Shown here in pieces: positions 37,540-51,556 of a stretch of 59,898 bases of DNA. This DNA comes from Carcharhinus longimanus (Eukaryota). Numbering within the stretch: the first letter of the stretch is position 1; each line of letters opens with the position of its first letter. The position numbers and the translations under genes are program-made. The stretch spans positions 6,040,871 to 6,100,768 of the forward strand of contig JASCQW010000163.1 in NCBI GenBank assembly GCA_030264375.1. The letters run 5' to 3'. The notes beneath the pieces are model-generated. The model searched no databases, was not told the DNA's origin, and was given only the letters and a program-made list of their open reading frames with translations.

Positions 37540-39689
37540 CTGAAAGGAAAGTGAGAGAAAGAATTGTATTAGAAATTGTCAGTTACTCATTGAGAACTTG
37601 TTAAGTGTAAACACAAACATCAGCTAGTTCAAAATATATACAACCTTGACCCTTTGTATGATTGTAGGTTAAAAAAATGAGCTTGTTTCATATTGGCTTT
37701 ATCGCTTCCTTGATGGTATATTGGCAAGTGCACTGATTAGTGAACTATGGAGCCATTTTGATCATAAGGTTTAAGTTCCAACTCCATTCCAAGTTCAATT
37801 AGTTGGTTTGAGCCGAAGAAATGGTATGGTTGTTACAAATGGGACTCAATGCCCATTTGCTGGCGGGGGCAACAGCGTGAGTGGCAGACAGCTTGCGGGT
37901 GGGAGCAGGATTTGCTCGAAAAATGCGAGTGGGATTCTCTGGTCTTGTCCGTGGCAGGATCTGTTGTGAGCGAGAATGGAAAATTTGGCTTTCCAGTCAA
38001 AACTCCATTCATTTTCAGCAGCATCAGAAAATCCCAGTCGCAAACAAGGACAATAGATTTCAGCCAGAGAGCAAGAGCAGGAGGCAGGAAATCAGCAGGA
38101 GCTCTTGATCACTATCCTGGAATGCTCACGTGAAGACAAGACTATTTCCGATTTGATAATCTACAACAGTCAGAAGTTGTTATTCTATTCAGATCTCTAC
38201 TTAAGCTCTGCACAGTTCAGCAAGTGACCACTATGTGAATCATGCACCTTATTCACCTGAATTTCTGTGATCCCCTACAATTTAAGGCATTTCTATTTAA
38301 TTATAAAACTTGCCCAAGCACAAACGCATCCACTTTAAAAGATAAGGATAAAGGACATCAGTGTCAGCAAGTGCAATGTATTTGTTCAGGAGATGGCGTC
38401 GTAGCCAAATATTTACCCAGCAGCACCTGCTGTCCAGCTTATTAAATTGCAGCATCGCTTCATAGTCAATTGGCATACTGTGAGTACGAGGTAACCAAAC
38501 AAACATCAGAGGGCTTCAGAACTCTTCACTGCTGAATGGTTTTTTCACTAAGCAGGCCATGTTTTCATGTACATAACAGGAAATCAACAGCTTGACTGAT
38601 GAAGCAAAAGTGTCTTTTACAGTTTTCTGCTCCAAAGGGAGGTTTATATTTACATCAGACAAAATTAACTTCATAGAAAGACCTTACAAAAAAGAGAATT
38701 TTTTTTCCCCACCAACATTTAACAAAGATGAAAATAAATGTTTGTGCTACACATGCGAGTGTTTTTATCCATCAGCAAGCTGCAGACATAGCAAGCTCAA
38801 TTCAGGGGCCAAATCTACTTCTGATTTCCACAGTTTGAGCAGTTTTATTTTACTAGTCTGTAGCAATCATTCATATGAAAAAAAAACACGATTAGGATAA
38901 ATATTTTTACACTTTACAATGACATCAGAATCCCAGAGATTGCCCCCAATGTTATTAGAGTAAAAAGCAAACTAAAACCGGCTGAGATTGTACTGTAGTC
39001 AATAATCTCAGATCAAACCCATAGCTAGCAACACCGTTTCATATTACTTAACTGTAATGGAGTTAATCAGACTGCAATGGAGACAGATATTTAATTGTTA
39101 AGGTTGCTATTTATTTCACAAATATACTGGCAGCTTTTCAGATTTCTAAAACTGTTTCAGGTCTGACAGGTCAGAGTGGATCTTGAGCATTTTTAAAAAC
39201 TAGCTTACACACCCTAGTGGAAGTATACTTTTACGCTGCATGAAACAGACGTGACAGCATGACTCTCCCCAGGAATATTGACACTTCTCCCATGACCAGT
39301 TTCTGGAGTTTTGTAACTCCTCACTGCTGTGAAATAGAAACTTCAACACGCCTCATCCTGGAGCACGTTTTAAATATGGGTTTAACCTCTTGTTTAGAAT
39401 ATTTTAAACTCAAAAGGCAGTATCATTGTCCAATAAAACGTGCTGGTAAGGACCACCTTCAGATAAAGCTTACAGCAAGATTATCTGTGTTCAATGACTC
39501 AAGTCCATGTCATTGATGGATAAGTCTGCAGCTCGTCAACATTGGTATTAGAAACATGCTCAAAGCTCGACATCGCCCTCAAACATGAGTCCAGGTTTAG
39601 GGCTAGTGCCCTCAAGTTGCACAAAAACGTGGCTTTTTTTTTGTATGTTAAGCTGAGGAAGATAATTAGAACATGCAACCCCTTCATTT

Positions 39690-41170
39690 AGAACATGGCT
39701 GGTCTGTACTTCAACTCCATTTATATGCTTTTACTCAATATTCATATTTACTCTTATCCTACCAAAAATGTTTCAATCTTGAAAATTTCAATTTTATAGG
39801 GCTTTGGAAGACAACGTTCTAATTTTCTACTACATTTGATTATGCGTTTTCCAATTCTTCTTTTTAATGGCTGACACCAATTTTAAGATTATACCCCCTA
39901 GTTTTGTATGCCTCAACCAAATAAAATAGATTCACTGATGTATATACCATATCTCAAATAATTTTAAACACTGCAATTAAATGACCTCTCAATTTTGTAA
40001 ATTTAAACAAATACAAGTTTATATAAAATGTTTTCAATTTAATCCTTTAAACCCTGTACCATTCTGGTAGATTTGTTCCAAGGCCAATCAACGCACGTTT
40101 CTTGGGTTTGGTGCCCAAAATTGAAGGCAATATTCCACAAGTGGTCCAAGACTGCATAACTGAAGCAGCATTCTAGTTTTGAATTCTGTCCCCTTGAGAT
40201 GGAGGCCAACATTCTTTTAGATTTGTGACTAACTTCCACATTTGTGTATATTGACATAAAAATTCCTTTGCTCTTTGATAGCTCTTGGTCTTTTACCAAG
40301 AAGAAAAATATTCCAATTTGTCTTGGATCTAAAATGGGTGACCATGCATTTCTCCACACTAACCTCCAAATATTACAGTTTAACTTCCTCAGCTCATCTT
40401 GTTCTGCTTGTAACTTAATGTTATCTGCAAATTTGGATATACAATCTATTCCTTCATCCATTATATGGTGAAATATTAAGGCCCTAACACAGGTCCCAAG
40501 GAAAACACCACTTGTCACATCATGCCAAACAAATTTTCCTTCAAAAAGCCCAAATCATAGAATCGTCAAATCCCTCCAATGCAGGAGGCCATTGAGCACA
40601 TCAAATCTGGAATGACTCTCCGACAGAGCAGCTCACCAGGCCCATGCCCAATCCCCCCCTCGAACCCTATCCCCATAACTCCAAACATTTACCTTGCTAA
40701 CCCCCTAGCATACACATCTTTGGACACCAAGGGGCAATGCAGCATGGCCAATCCACCTATACTTCATGTCTTTAGATTGCAAGTCAGAAGGTTACCTTCA
40801 ATCTCTTCTACTCTCAATTTTTGACAAGCGTCTCAGAACTAGAGACAGTTAATTATCCTAGCCGTCAAGCATCACCAAAAGATTAACTAAATTAGTCAGA
40901 TATGACTGTCCCTTTTTGGAAAATTGGAACGTGGCCAAATGATCATATTGTCTCTGATGATGCATTTGAGTCACTTCAACAAACAGGTTTGTTGTCCACT
41001 AGTTAGTTTCTTCCTTCCTTGAATACTGGAGTGACACTTGCAATTTTCCAAACCCAAAAGGAACAATTTCCAAATCCAGAGATTTGAAAAATCGGGATTA
41101 ACGCATCAGCAATTTCATCCAATTCTTTTAATACTCTTCCATATTCACTTTTCTTCCACCTCCCAACACC
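39690..41170 (-). mobile_element. Decayed CR1 LINE RT region, interrupted by a SINE
   Basis: ORF 40039..40518 has VTSGVxLG...ISKFADNIKL (decayed FADD motif); ANVTPxFKxG-like ASVTPVFKEG at ~41010-41040. Confidence 0.7.
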
Positions 41171-43771
41171 CTGCTGAAACAATCCGGTGCACAAAACTTC
41201 AACAGCACAGGTATAACTGTTCCACATCTATACAAAAATCAACAGTAGAATCCAGTGCCAATCTCACTCCCAAAAGGATCTGCAGTTCACTCAGGTTCAA
41301 TGAAATACTTCATAATTTTAAAAATGCGTTTTTCGTTTTAGTATACAAAAACAGATGCTCCCATCTGTACGTTCAAAATACTTAAAATTGATTGGACCAA
41401 GCGAAACTCTCGCTTTTTTTTAAAGTGTGATTTACAGTACAGTGTGTAATTCAAGTTCTGCCAGCTCCATCAGTTTCAGACTGGTAGTACACCATAACAA
41501 CAGTAAAAGAGACACTTAATCAATGACTAAGAATTGAACAAATTCATTCCATCTGTGAAAAGTAGAGAACTTCATGGCTGTCAAGCTTCTCTGGTATTCA
41601 AGAGTAAGCACTAATCAATTTTGCCACAGTCCCCAGAGCTCTTATAGTTCAAGAGATACACACCATGCTGATTGCATACTTCCATCTGTGACAGTTGTGC
41701 TGGAGGCTTTCCTATAACTACTTTTGTATCAAATGAGGTTTTAAAATCTAAAAACACATGCATTTCATTGCTTACATCCCTCCAGATGAATTTATTCATT
41801 ATCCTGATATGGCCCCTCCCAGTTAACCCTGGTCATAAAATGGTTTAGTGATGGCCACTGACAAAGATACTGTTGCTTAAAGTTATGCTTGATGTCTAAT
41901 TTAGGGAACATTAGCCAATCTATTCAGTTTAATGTTGTGCTCTGTTGCATTCATTTCAGGCATATTTCATATGGCGGAATTCAACACAGATGTAAAACAA
42001 TTGACTGATGGGGGTTAAAAGGTGGAACAAGTTAACTCGAACACAGGTCATGCCATCTTGGAACCACCTTCGTTCTTATCAAGATGCGCAATGAAAACGT
42101 TACGGGGGCAGCTAGTTTCAAGACTGGAGTACAGTACAGCAAATGTTAATATTGCAAGTGCTGATTCATAAACTGCTTTAATATTGCACCAGTACAACAT
42201 GCTTGCAATGCAGAGGTTTTGCACAGTTGATAGCAATATGGAATACAAGCTTGCTGGATTCAAGATGTTGAGTTTGTGAACATGGCATCAGCTGTATTTG
42301 AATTATGAAAAGCAACTTTTTGAACAATAAAAAACTAATTTCATTTTAAAATTACAAACAATGCTGGTTCTTGAAAAGTAATTTTCTCAACATTAGAAAA
42401 ATATTCAATCCTTCAGTTAAGTTCCTGAAATAGCATTGACAAAATCAAATTTCCCAATCTAAACATTTCTAAGTTTCTCAAAAATAGTTCCGCCACGATT
42501 TTTTTTCATACTGTGCTAAAAAATTAAGAGTTAGGTTATGCATATGGATAATTAACACTACTTCTGAACTACAAGCATTTGCACCATGCAAACAGTAGGT
42601 GCTCACAGGCCACTGCTACAGGAAAATGAAGTTAAAAATGATGCAATGCTTGAAAAGTTATGTGCAGCCTCAAATTATTTTGCACATTATGGGTGGGATT
42701 TTCCAGTCACGGATGACCCAGCACAACACACCTTTAAAATGGTCTGCTGAATTTTCTCACTCACTATGATTCCATGGGTGGGACAGGAAATTTCCAACCT
42801 ATATATATAGAACTTGAAAACAATCAGGACTTCTTTGTGTTTCCCTCCAACCAAAAAATACATTATGTTGCAATGAATTGAGAGAGCTCTTTATCCCCAT
42901 TCTCCTCTGACATGGTGCTTTAGGTTATCTTAGTAGCTTTAACCGATGTCCACAGATTAATCAAAGGCAATTAGGAGTCATTTAACAATCAAGGCCTAAT
43001 GGAATCCTCACTTGATTTTCTTGAAGGGATTGGGAGAATGGGGAGCAGTGGTGGAGAAAGATACCTGGCTTCATCCATGGCCAGGGAATTTAATATCATG
43101 CAATCCAGAGAAGTGGGAGCTGGAGCTCACAGCCTTCGTTTCATGACAGACCTCCCATGCTTACCATCATTATTGATTTTTCATTAATCCCCAAAGTATG
43201 GCTGGATTTTAAAATAATCACAAGCAGATTCTGAGCTAGGCCGCACTAAAACATTTGGGCGTTAATGTTTAAAGAGAGATGTAACTTGCTTGAATCCTGA
43301 GATGAACTGGATCCAGAACACAGTTACAATATTGTAATCACTTCATTTCAATTGATTTGAAAATGAATTCATATTAAGTTATCAATTTTGTATGTCTAAT
43401 ATTCTTCATTCTCTCCTACAGGGATATGGTACCCTAGGCAACAAGGGCTCTCCAGAACTTCACTCCAGTGACAACTCTTCATTAGTTCGTGTAATTAAAC
43501 AATGTTTAAGGGGCTCCATGTACCAAAACTTGAACCCTGTCCTCAGAAGATGTCAATAAATTCATATTTTCTAGCCATAATCACTGGAGAGCAATTAAGA
43601 ACAGGAAACCAAGCTGAATTTTTCCTGTTTTAGCAGAGGAAAATTGAGGCCAGTTCTGCATTTGCTGCATTAGTTACTCAGTGAAGGCAGAGATTTAAAA
43701 CTGAAGAATGAACCTGAAATTTTCTGGTCAGTACAAACCAGCGCAACAACAACTGGCACTCAGTGCACGAG

Positions 43772-44076
43772 TGGCACAGTAGCACAACGGTTAGCACGGC
43801 TGCCTCAGCGCTGGGGACATCAGTTCAATTCCTGGCTTGGATCACTGTCATATGGAGTTTCCATGTCTGCATGGGTTTCCTCCAGGTGCTCCGGCTTCCT
43901 TCCACAGCCCAAAAATGTGTAGGTTAGGTTGATTAGCCATGCTCATTTGCTAATTAGTGTCGGGGGATTAGCAGGGTAAATACGTGGGGTTATGGGGATA
44001 GGGTCTGATTAGATTGTTGTCAGTGCAGGCTCGATGGTCAGAATGGCCACTTTCTGCACTGTAGGAATTCTATGAT
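43772..44076 (+). mobile_element. HE1-like V-SINE
   Basis: Head, core and CR1-like tail. Confidence 0.8.
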
Positions 44077-44284
44077 TTAAATCAGAGGGCATTTTGAAGA
44101 TATTTATTGAAGGAAAGAAGAAACATTTAAAATCAATGAAACAAACTTGATTGAACCTGGAGTGAATTTTAGAGTTAAAGTCAACTATCAATCACTTCCA
44201 GCTGGTTAAGGAGAAAACACAAAAATAATTGTTTATAAATATTAAAGATTATTTCTAACATGTAAAAGATATTATTAAACTCAC

Positions 44285-44369
44285 CTGCAAGTGAACGAGG
44301 GATGGTCAGCAAACTTTCATGCACTAGGGGGTCATCAGAAGCATTCACTAGTAGAAGAGGAATCTGGAT
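44285..44369 (-). CDS. ABHD2: ABHD2 coding exon containing the catalytic Asp region
   Basis: ctcacAG acceptor; IQIPLLLVNASDDPLVHESLLTIPRSLA(E); GTGAGT donor; 85 bp. Confidence 0.96.
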
Positions 44370-44950
44370 CTGTGAGCAGGTAAAGTAATTATATTACAAA
44401 CAGATGCCATCTACTGACAGGGATAGCAAAGGCAAGCCTTTCAAATAATTTCAACTGATTACTTACATGAAGTTTGCATTCCAAAGTTTGGCTAGCTTTC
44501 CCCTATCTCAAAGTATTTTTAATACAGAAAATGTTAGTACTGCGATTTCAGAAAAGTTTAACGGAAGTTACGTTAATGTTTTTGGGAAAATGTTAAAAAT
44601 TTATCTCCTCTTCTTTCCCATAATCGTTCCTCCACCCCCATCAAAAAAAAAAAGAAATTTCAGTAAAATAGAATGGTATATGTATGAAAAGCATTTATAT
44701 TGGTCTCTCTCAACTATGAAGAATGCCCAGTATTAGTATTTTTTAAATATAAATTGGGATTATCCTGAGAGAACATTTTGCTCACAATATCGGGGGTTAC
44801 AGGTCAATAGTTTGAGAGAGAACAGAACAAACGTTGAACTTGAAAAATGAACTGGCTTGAGCAACTTTTCCTAATGTTTATAGGTGTCAACAAGTTAAGT
44901 AACTTCAGCAACAATGTAAAACCAATGTAAAAAACATGCAGTAACTATAT

Positions 44951-45232
44951 GGTGGCACAGTGGCCGGCACTGCGGCTTCACAGTTCCAGGGACTCTGGTA
45001 CAATTCTGGCCTCGGATGACTGTCTGTGTCAGGTTTGGACATTCCTCCCCACCTCCATCTGAATTTCCTCTGGGTGCTCTGGTTTTCACCCATATTTCAA
45101 AGATATGCAGGTTAGGTGGATTGGTCATGCTAAATTGCCTCGGTGTCCAAAGGTGTCGGTTAGGTGGATTAACCATGGTAAGCGCATAGGACTATGGAGA
45201 TCGGGCCTCAGTAAGATGTGCTTTCAGAGAGT
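44951..45232 (+). mobile_element. Diverged HE1-like V-SINE
   Basis: Head and core; abuts a short antisense tail fragment (~45233-45283). Confidence 0.7.
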
Positions 45233-46298
45233 TAGAACCATACTGGACAGAAAGTGGCCATTTGGCCCTTTGAGTCTGCACTAAGTAGATGCTGAAGTAT
45301 TGTAACCAATTACTCTGATAGGTCAGTTAAGCATTCTCACATTCACTACGAAGTGCGGATGTTTAAAATGCATTTACAAATAACTATGTATTCCTCAAAA
45401 GATACCTGTTACCACCAAGCATCAATATTTTAAGAAGTCACACAATACACTTTTGTCGATCAACCTGTAAGCGTTTTTATAAAAAAAGACAAAGAAATTG
45501 GGAAGTGGGGTAGAAACACACCCATTGGACATCCACAGCATCCTCCTGCAGGATATAAATCTCAATTGCAAAAAATATGCCGCAGACAGATCTGCTTGCA
45601 TCAAAATAAGCAAGGCCTTTTGACACTGGAATTTCTTGCCACATGACCCCCAATAGAATGGATTCTCAATACAGTCCAAAACAACATGCATTTGGACATG
45701 GAGAAAAAGGGAGAAACAAGACAACAGGCTAGTAAATTAAACACATCTATACACATACAATGCAACTCAAACTCTGGGTTCTAAATAAGTTTTGTTGCTT
45801 GGAGCAATATCAAAACACTTTCGATTGCAATAATTTACACTGAAGAACAATACAGCTCAAGATCAATTTTATATTTACCTACAAAACAAATGGTTAATTC
45901 TTCTGTCTCCATTGTGCAAAATTGTTTGTCCTATGAAAGTGCTGCCTTTAAGCACTTGAGGACAAACTGCTCCTTATCTAAGTCCTCCTGTAACTCATTC
46001 CAAGCTGAGTGATATAGCTCACTACATAGGCAAAGTGAATGCAGTGCTTCATCTTTGAAGCCATACAAGGCCACTTCCATCACTTGAGAATTAATGGGAA
46101 GGGATATGGAAGCTACGATGCTGGCATTCCAGGAAGGTCAACTTGACCCACATGCAACGTTTCAGATTTTATAGTGATACCTGCTCTTTTTGGTTGTCAA
46201 TGTTTTTTTTTGGAAGCTAGACAAAGTTAATATAAATCACACTGCAGTGAGATGCAAATAAATGTAGTACAATTTAAACCAGAATCGAGATTACTTAC

Positions 46299-46368
46299 AT
46301 TGTGAAGATAATGCATACAACTTTCTTGCTCATAATATTCTTTCAGTGTGCCATACCCATGGAATTTT
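46299..46368 (-). CDS. ABHD2: ABHD2 coding exon
   Basis: atttcAG acceptor; (R)KFHGYGTLKEYYEQESCMHYLHN; GTAAGT donor; 70 bp. Confidence 0.96.
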
Positions 46369-49300
46369 CTGAAATAGAGAAATAACTGTAGATCTGTGAT
46401 ATGTTAAAGATAGGCTCAAAAAGGATGGAAGTAATATGATATTGAATAAATAAGTTACACACTGACTTCACAGTCAAGTACAATAGCTACATTATATTTT
46501 TTGCATTGGAAAAATGCAATGGCCAGAACATCTGAAATCAGTGTTCTTCACAGGACCCCAATCCATATATTTGCTAAAAACAAAGGTTAAGGGGTGATGT
46601 AATAGAAGAGTTAAAATTCTGAGTGTGTCAGATTTGATTATATAAGATTATTTCCAGTAACTACTGAACATATTATTTAGGGGATATACATTTAGGATTA
46701 GTACAACAGGAGGTTAGAAAGGTTTATTCATTCAACAACTTGCATTTATATAATAGCATCTTTAATATAGTAAGGTGCTTCATAGGAGTGTTATTAATAA
46801 AATTTGACATGGCCACGCAAGGAGATATTTGGACAGAAAGCCAAAAGTTTGGTCAAAGTCAGATTTTAACAAATGCTTTGAAGGGAGAAAAGATGGAGAA
46901 GTTTAGTGGGGTGTGGCAGTGGAATTCTAGGAGTTCAGGACTAAGTAAGCAAAAGCACATTTGCCAACAGTGATGGGCTGAAAAACAGGAATGCTCAAGA
47001 TACCACAATTAGGAATGCGGAGACCTCAAAGGATTGCAAGGCTGGAGGACCATGGCAGGATTTGAAAACAAGGAAGAGGATTTTAAAAATCAAGGTGCTA
47101 TTGGAATGGGAGCAAACATAAGTCAGTGAGCAAAGGCATAAGTGAACACGACATGGCACAAGTCAGGATATGGGTAGCAGAGATTCAGCTGTCCTCAAGT
47201 TTAGAGGTAGAGCATAGGGTGCTGGTACAAGAACCTTGGAATAGTCAAGTCTCAAAGGTAACAAAAGACACAGATGAAGGTTTCAGCAAATCAGTGAGGC
47301 AAAGGCAGAGTCAGGCAAATATTATAATATGCCGTGGAAGGGATGGAGTCAGTGGCTAAAAAACGAAACATATGGCAGGAAGAATAAACAATGGCTTCAG
47401 TCTTCCCAGTAATTGGGAAAATGCTATAATACGATTGAACAAGCAGCATGACAAATTAGAGACGTTGGCAGGGCTGAGAGAAGTGGTAGATGTGGAACAA
47501 AACACGTTTTGTTATTTGTTGAGAGGTAGCACCTAAATGAGGGGGGGAATGTTGAAGTTTGATTGTACACCGTTAGTAGACTAATTTTAAATAGTTTTCT
47601 GTCATAATTGAAAATATCACCTTGGTCAGGATATTTAGGATGGCAGTTTCTCTTCTTGCTATCAGTGTCACGGACTGATACTGGCTGCTCAGCAGTTGTA
47701 TAAAGTTCCAGCAAGTGTCAATTGACTGCAAATGGGACTTCTGCTCTTCACTTAAGAAGTCCCGTTTCAGAGTGCTGCTGGCGAATCTAATTGGTCAGCA
47801 GCTCCCTAATTCCAGCAGTGCCGGAAGCTGCTGTGCACATGACTGCCGGAGCCCTGAAAATGGAAATTTTTGGGCTGTTTCCTGCCAGTCTGAAAATGGA
47901 GATGGGTGGGATACAGCTCCTATGTGGCCACTAATTGGCCACTTCAGGGTCTCAAACAGGGCAGGGTGTATTGCCCTCACCAATCCCACCACAGCGAAAT
48001 GTGGCTGAGCGAAAACCTAGTGGGAAAGACAAAATTTAAGGCCTCCCTCCTCTTCCCACCTCAGTGCCTGCAAACCTGCCAACGGGGGAATGCAAATTTC
48101 TGCCCCACAAGTTGTGCACCATTTTGTAAAATCTATTCCTTGCCTCAAGAGTATAGATATATAGGTTTCCTGGTCCCTGACATTTAAAATGCTCATTCTT
48201 GTGTTAAGTCCTTCCATGTTTGTGCCTCTCCTAATTTTTAACCTCCAAATTTACAAGCTCCCTCCCTTAATCCTCCAGTCCTTCCATTCCGACAACTTGG
48301 GATGTAAATTTCTGATTTTTCTGCAGTGTTGCGGTGAGTGAAAAACAGGGTGCAAGGCTCAAGGAGGCTTTCTCCACTGCATTTTTAGCCTGTTAATAAA
48401 AGGCATGGTGCAGGTCCCATGACATCACACTGGCAGGCCAGGCTCTGAGCCCACCCCACCAGCTATTCAGGCTTTTGAAAGATCACAACTCCTTTTTTAA
48501 AGGGCACCCCGATTAAGTCATCCCTCCCCTTTGGGCAGTGAACATCCATCTTTGCATCACCCCACCGATATGAATTCACACCAACATGAATGAACTATTT
48601 AACTTGGGGGACGAGCCTGATAATGATATTTAAATATATTAAAATGGGGATCCCAAAATTCAATGTCAGGATACCTGTTATGTCATTGGTGGTGATGGGG
48701 CAATCGTGACAAGAAATCCTGCCGTGATATTTTGGGACTCAAGAGTGTCCACCTCTGTCGCCAAACCTGATCCCTGGAAACAGGAGTAGAAACCACCTCT
48801 CCCTGCATCTGTGTTTATGCCACTTTACCCAACAATTTGTTGCAGTGCCTTCAGCAATCAAAGGCCCTAGGCCGATGAATTATTTCCCAAAATGTATTTT
48901 ACACTCTCCCTTTTCCTGAAGGCCTTCTTTAAAACTCAATTATGTGGTAAGTTTTTGGTCACCCCTGTGAAAAGCTCTTTGTCCATGTGCTCATTTATTT
49001 TCATTATGCCTCTGATGTGCTTCGGAGCATTTTTCTACATTAAACATGTTTCTAGATGCAAGTTGTTGCTGCATATTTCTTCATTGTATTCTTCTGGGTG
49101 GAGACCATGAAGACAAAGATCTTGGCAAGCAGATAAATGAGCAAATGTAGAAGTATTGAAGGTTAATTGAAAAATAACAGATTTAACATCTAACGTAATA
49201 TACAGTTAACAAGATGCAAAGAAAATACAAAGCGACTTCAATTCCTAACATTTTTGACAAAATCAAGTCTGTAAACCAACTGCAAAAACAAACAAAAAAG

Positions 49301-49761
49301 GTGAGCAGACAATTCAGAATTGATCCATTTAACACAGAAGAGAAATACATGCCAGACTTCCTAGCAAGGCAGACAACTTTGGCAAGTTCAAAAGCTGAAG
49401 AGATATTTGACAGAAGCAGTAATCAAGAATGAGACACAAAGACAAATGGCATCTTTTGTTTTAAATCTGGCACCAGTCAGTCTGGTCTCTTCTGGTCATA
49501 TACATTTCTAATTTCCAATCTTAGAAGAAAACCTGCAAAAATAACACTGTTAAACCATCCATGTCTGGATTCTCATGAACTGAAGCACTCAGCAAAAATT
49601 ACATACTTTTTTCCAAATGAACACACCAAAATGAAGTATTCTGAATTAACAGAAGACAGGATTTATCATAAAAACAGCCAAGTAAGCAAGTCTGAGAGAT
49701 GCATCTTCCCAAACATCTATGCATTGAAAGATAGATGAAATATGATTTCTATGAAATATTT

Positions 49762-49967
49762 CACAATGCCAGGTTAAAGTCCAACAGGTTTACTTGGAAT
49801 CACAAGCTTTTGGAGCATCGCTCCTTCATCAGGTGAGTGGCCCACTCACCTGATAAAGAAGCAGCGCTCCAAGAGCTCGTGATTCAAGTAAACCCGTTGG
49901 ACTTTAACATGGTGCTGTGAGGCTTCTTACTGTGCCCAACCCTGTCCAACACCCGCACATCCACATG
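49762..49967. mobile_element. Second fold-back Penelope-like insertion of the same family; hammerhead cores decayed
   Basis: Same arms (ccaggttaaagtccaac / gttggactttaacatgg) and tail (gtccaacac...catccacat); 11-bp duplication ATGAAA(T/C)ATTT at 49751-49761 and 49968-49978. Confidence 0.8.
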
Positions 49968-50297
49968 ATGAAACATTTGTCAAGTTAATCTATGTTTTAA
50001 CACAAGAGCATAAGGAATACGAAGAGAAAGCCATTTGGCTTCTCATGGCTGTTTAAGTGCCATATGTCAAAGTTTAAAAAGTAATATTGCTGAGATGCTA
50101 GGAAAGCCCACATTTATTCATTAAGTACATGGAATGGTACCATGCAAAGAACAGAAACTCCAACAATGCAGCACTCTTGGTTCTTTGCTGTAGTGTAAAC
50201 TCAGATTAAGAGATTAAACTCCTAGCAAGGAGCTGGAAGCCACAACTTCTAAGAAGCAATATTAGAGCAGAAACTAAGATGGCTTACTGCCACTTGC

Positions 50298-50411
50298 CTC
50301 ATGATATTATCATCAATGTGCATCAAGGATGTCGCTGTATAAAGTTTGCTAAGGTCTACATCTGCCAGAGGATTTGGCGTTTTGCACTCATTTTCTCCAA
50401 ATAGCATTTTT
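50298..50411 (-). CDS. ABHD2: ABHD2 coding exon ending in a GC donor
   Basis: ttacAG acceptor; (R)KMLFGENECKTPNPLADVDLSKLYTATSLMHIDDNIM(R); the frame joins the next exon only via AG|GCAAGT; 114 bp. Confidence 0.92.
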
Positions 50412-50796
50412 CTGTAACACAAAATGTTATCAACATTAACAAAATGTTACCTATTTCTAATATTAACTCATGCCAATTGGCAGAGAATCTACCATTATGA
50501 AAAGTAACCACAGGCAAGCACATATAATGTTGGCTGATGTCAACTGCATCAACCTTGACTGTCTCTTCTGTCCTGGAAAAGCAAGACTTCAACATGACCA
50601 TGAGAAGACTATTTCCCACCCTTTTGTTTGGAACTTAGTCTACTAGTTATTTTCTTAACGCGTGCACACTATATTAGAATTTTCCTGCAAAGGCAGCAAT
50701 AAAACATGGAATGAATAGTAATTAAACAACAATGTCATTTTTTAGAAGTATTAAAATTGAATTAACATTCCCTGTAATCATCAGCTCATATAAAGT

Positions 50797-51090
50797 TTTA
50801 TGTTTGTTTATTTGTGTCACAAATAGGTTTACAGTAACACTGCAATGAAGTCACTGTGAAAATCCCCTAGTCGTCACACTCCAGCGCCTACACAGGCAAA
50901 CAAAATTTAGCATGACCAATGCATCTAATCAGCATGTCTTTTAGTCCAAAAAGAGGGGAAACTGGAGCACCCAGAGGAAACCCACAGACAGAGAGAATGT
51001 GCAAACTTCACACAGACAGTGACCCAAGCCAGGAATCGAACCCAGATCCCTGGCACCGTGAAGCAGCAGTGTTAACCGCTGTGCTGCCCC
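50797..51090 (-). mobile_element. V-SINE with alternative tail
   Basis: Reverse complement head at ~51090 and tail at ~50800-50870. Confidence 0.8.
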
Positions 51091-51270
51091 CATGAGCATA
51101 AATAGCGTTAATCACCAATCTATACTAAAATTATAGAACACCTTGCCCTGTAAACATTAGCCCCAATAGTTAAGTGGTAATAAGTCAAAAATGCATCGCA
51201 GATTAAAAATATGTCAATAAATGTTTACTTATAGTACTGGATTCTGGCAGCAACATTATTTTCTACCTGA

Positions 51271-51556
51271 AGCAGCGTGGTGGCACAATGGTTAGCACTG
51301 CTGTCTCACAGCACTAGGACTTGGGTCACACTGTGGAGTTTGCACATTCTCCCCATGTCTGCATGGGTTTCCTCCAGGTTCCTCCCATAGTCCAAAGATG
51401 TGTGGGTTAGATGGATTGGTCATGGTAAATTGCCCCTTAGTTCAGAGGGAATAGCTTGGGTAAATGCATGGGGTTATGGGGATAGAGCCGGGTGGGATTG
51501 TGGTCAGTGCAGACTCTGTGGACTGAATAGCCTCCTTCCACACTAAGATTCTATGA
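51271..51556 (+). mobile_element. HE1-like V-SINE
   Basis: Head (B box deleted), core and CR1-like tail. Confidence 0.8.
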
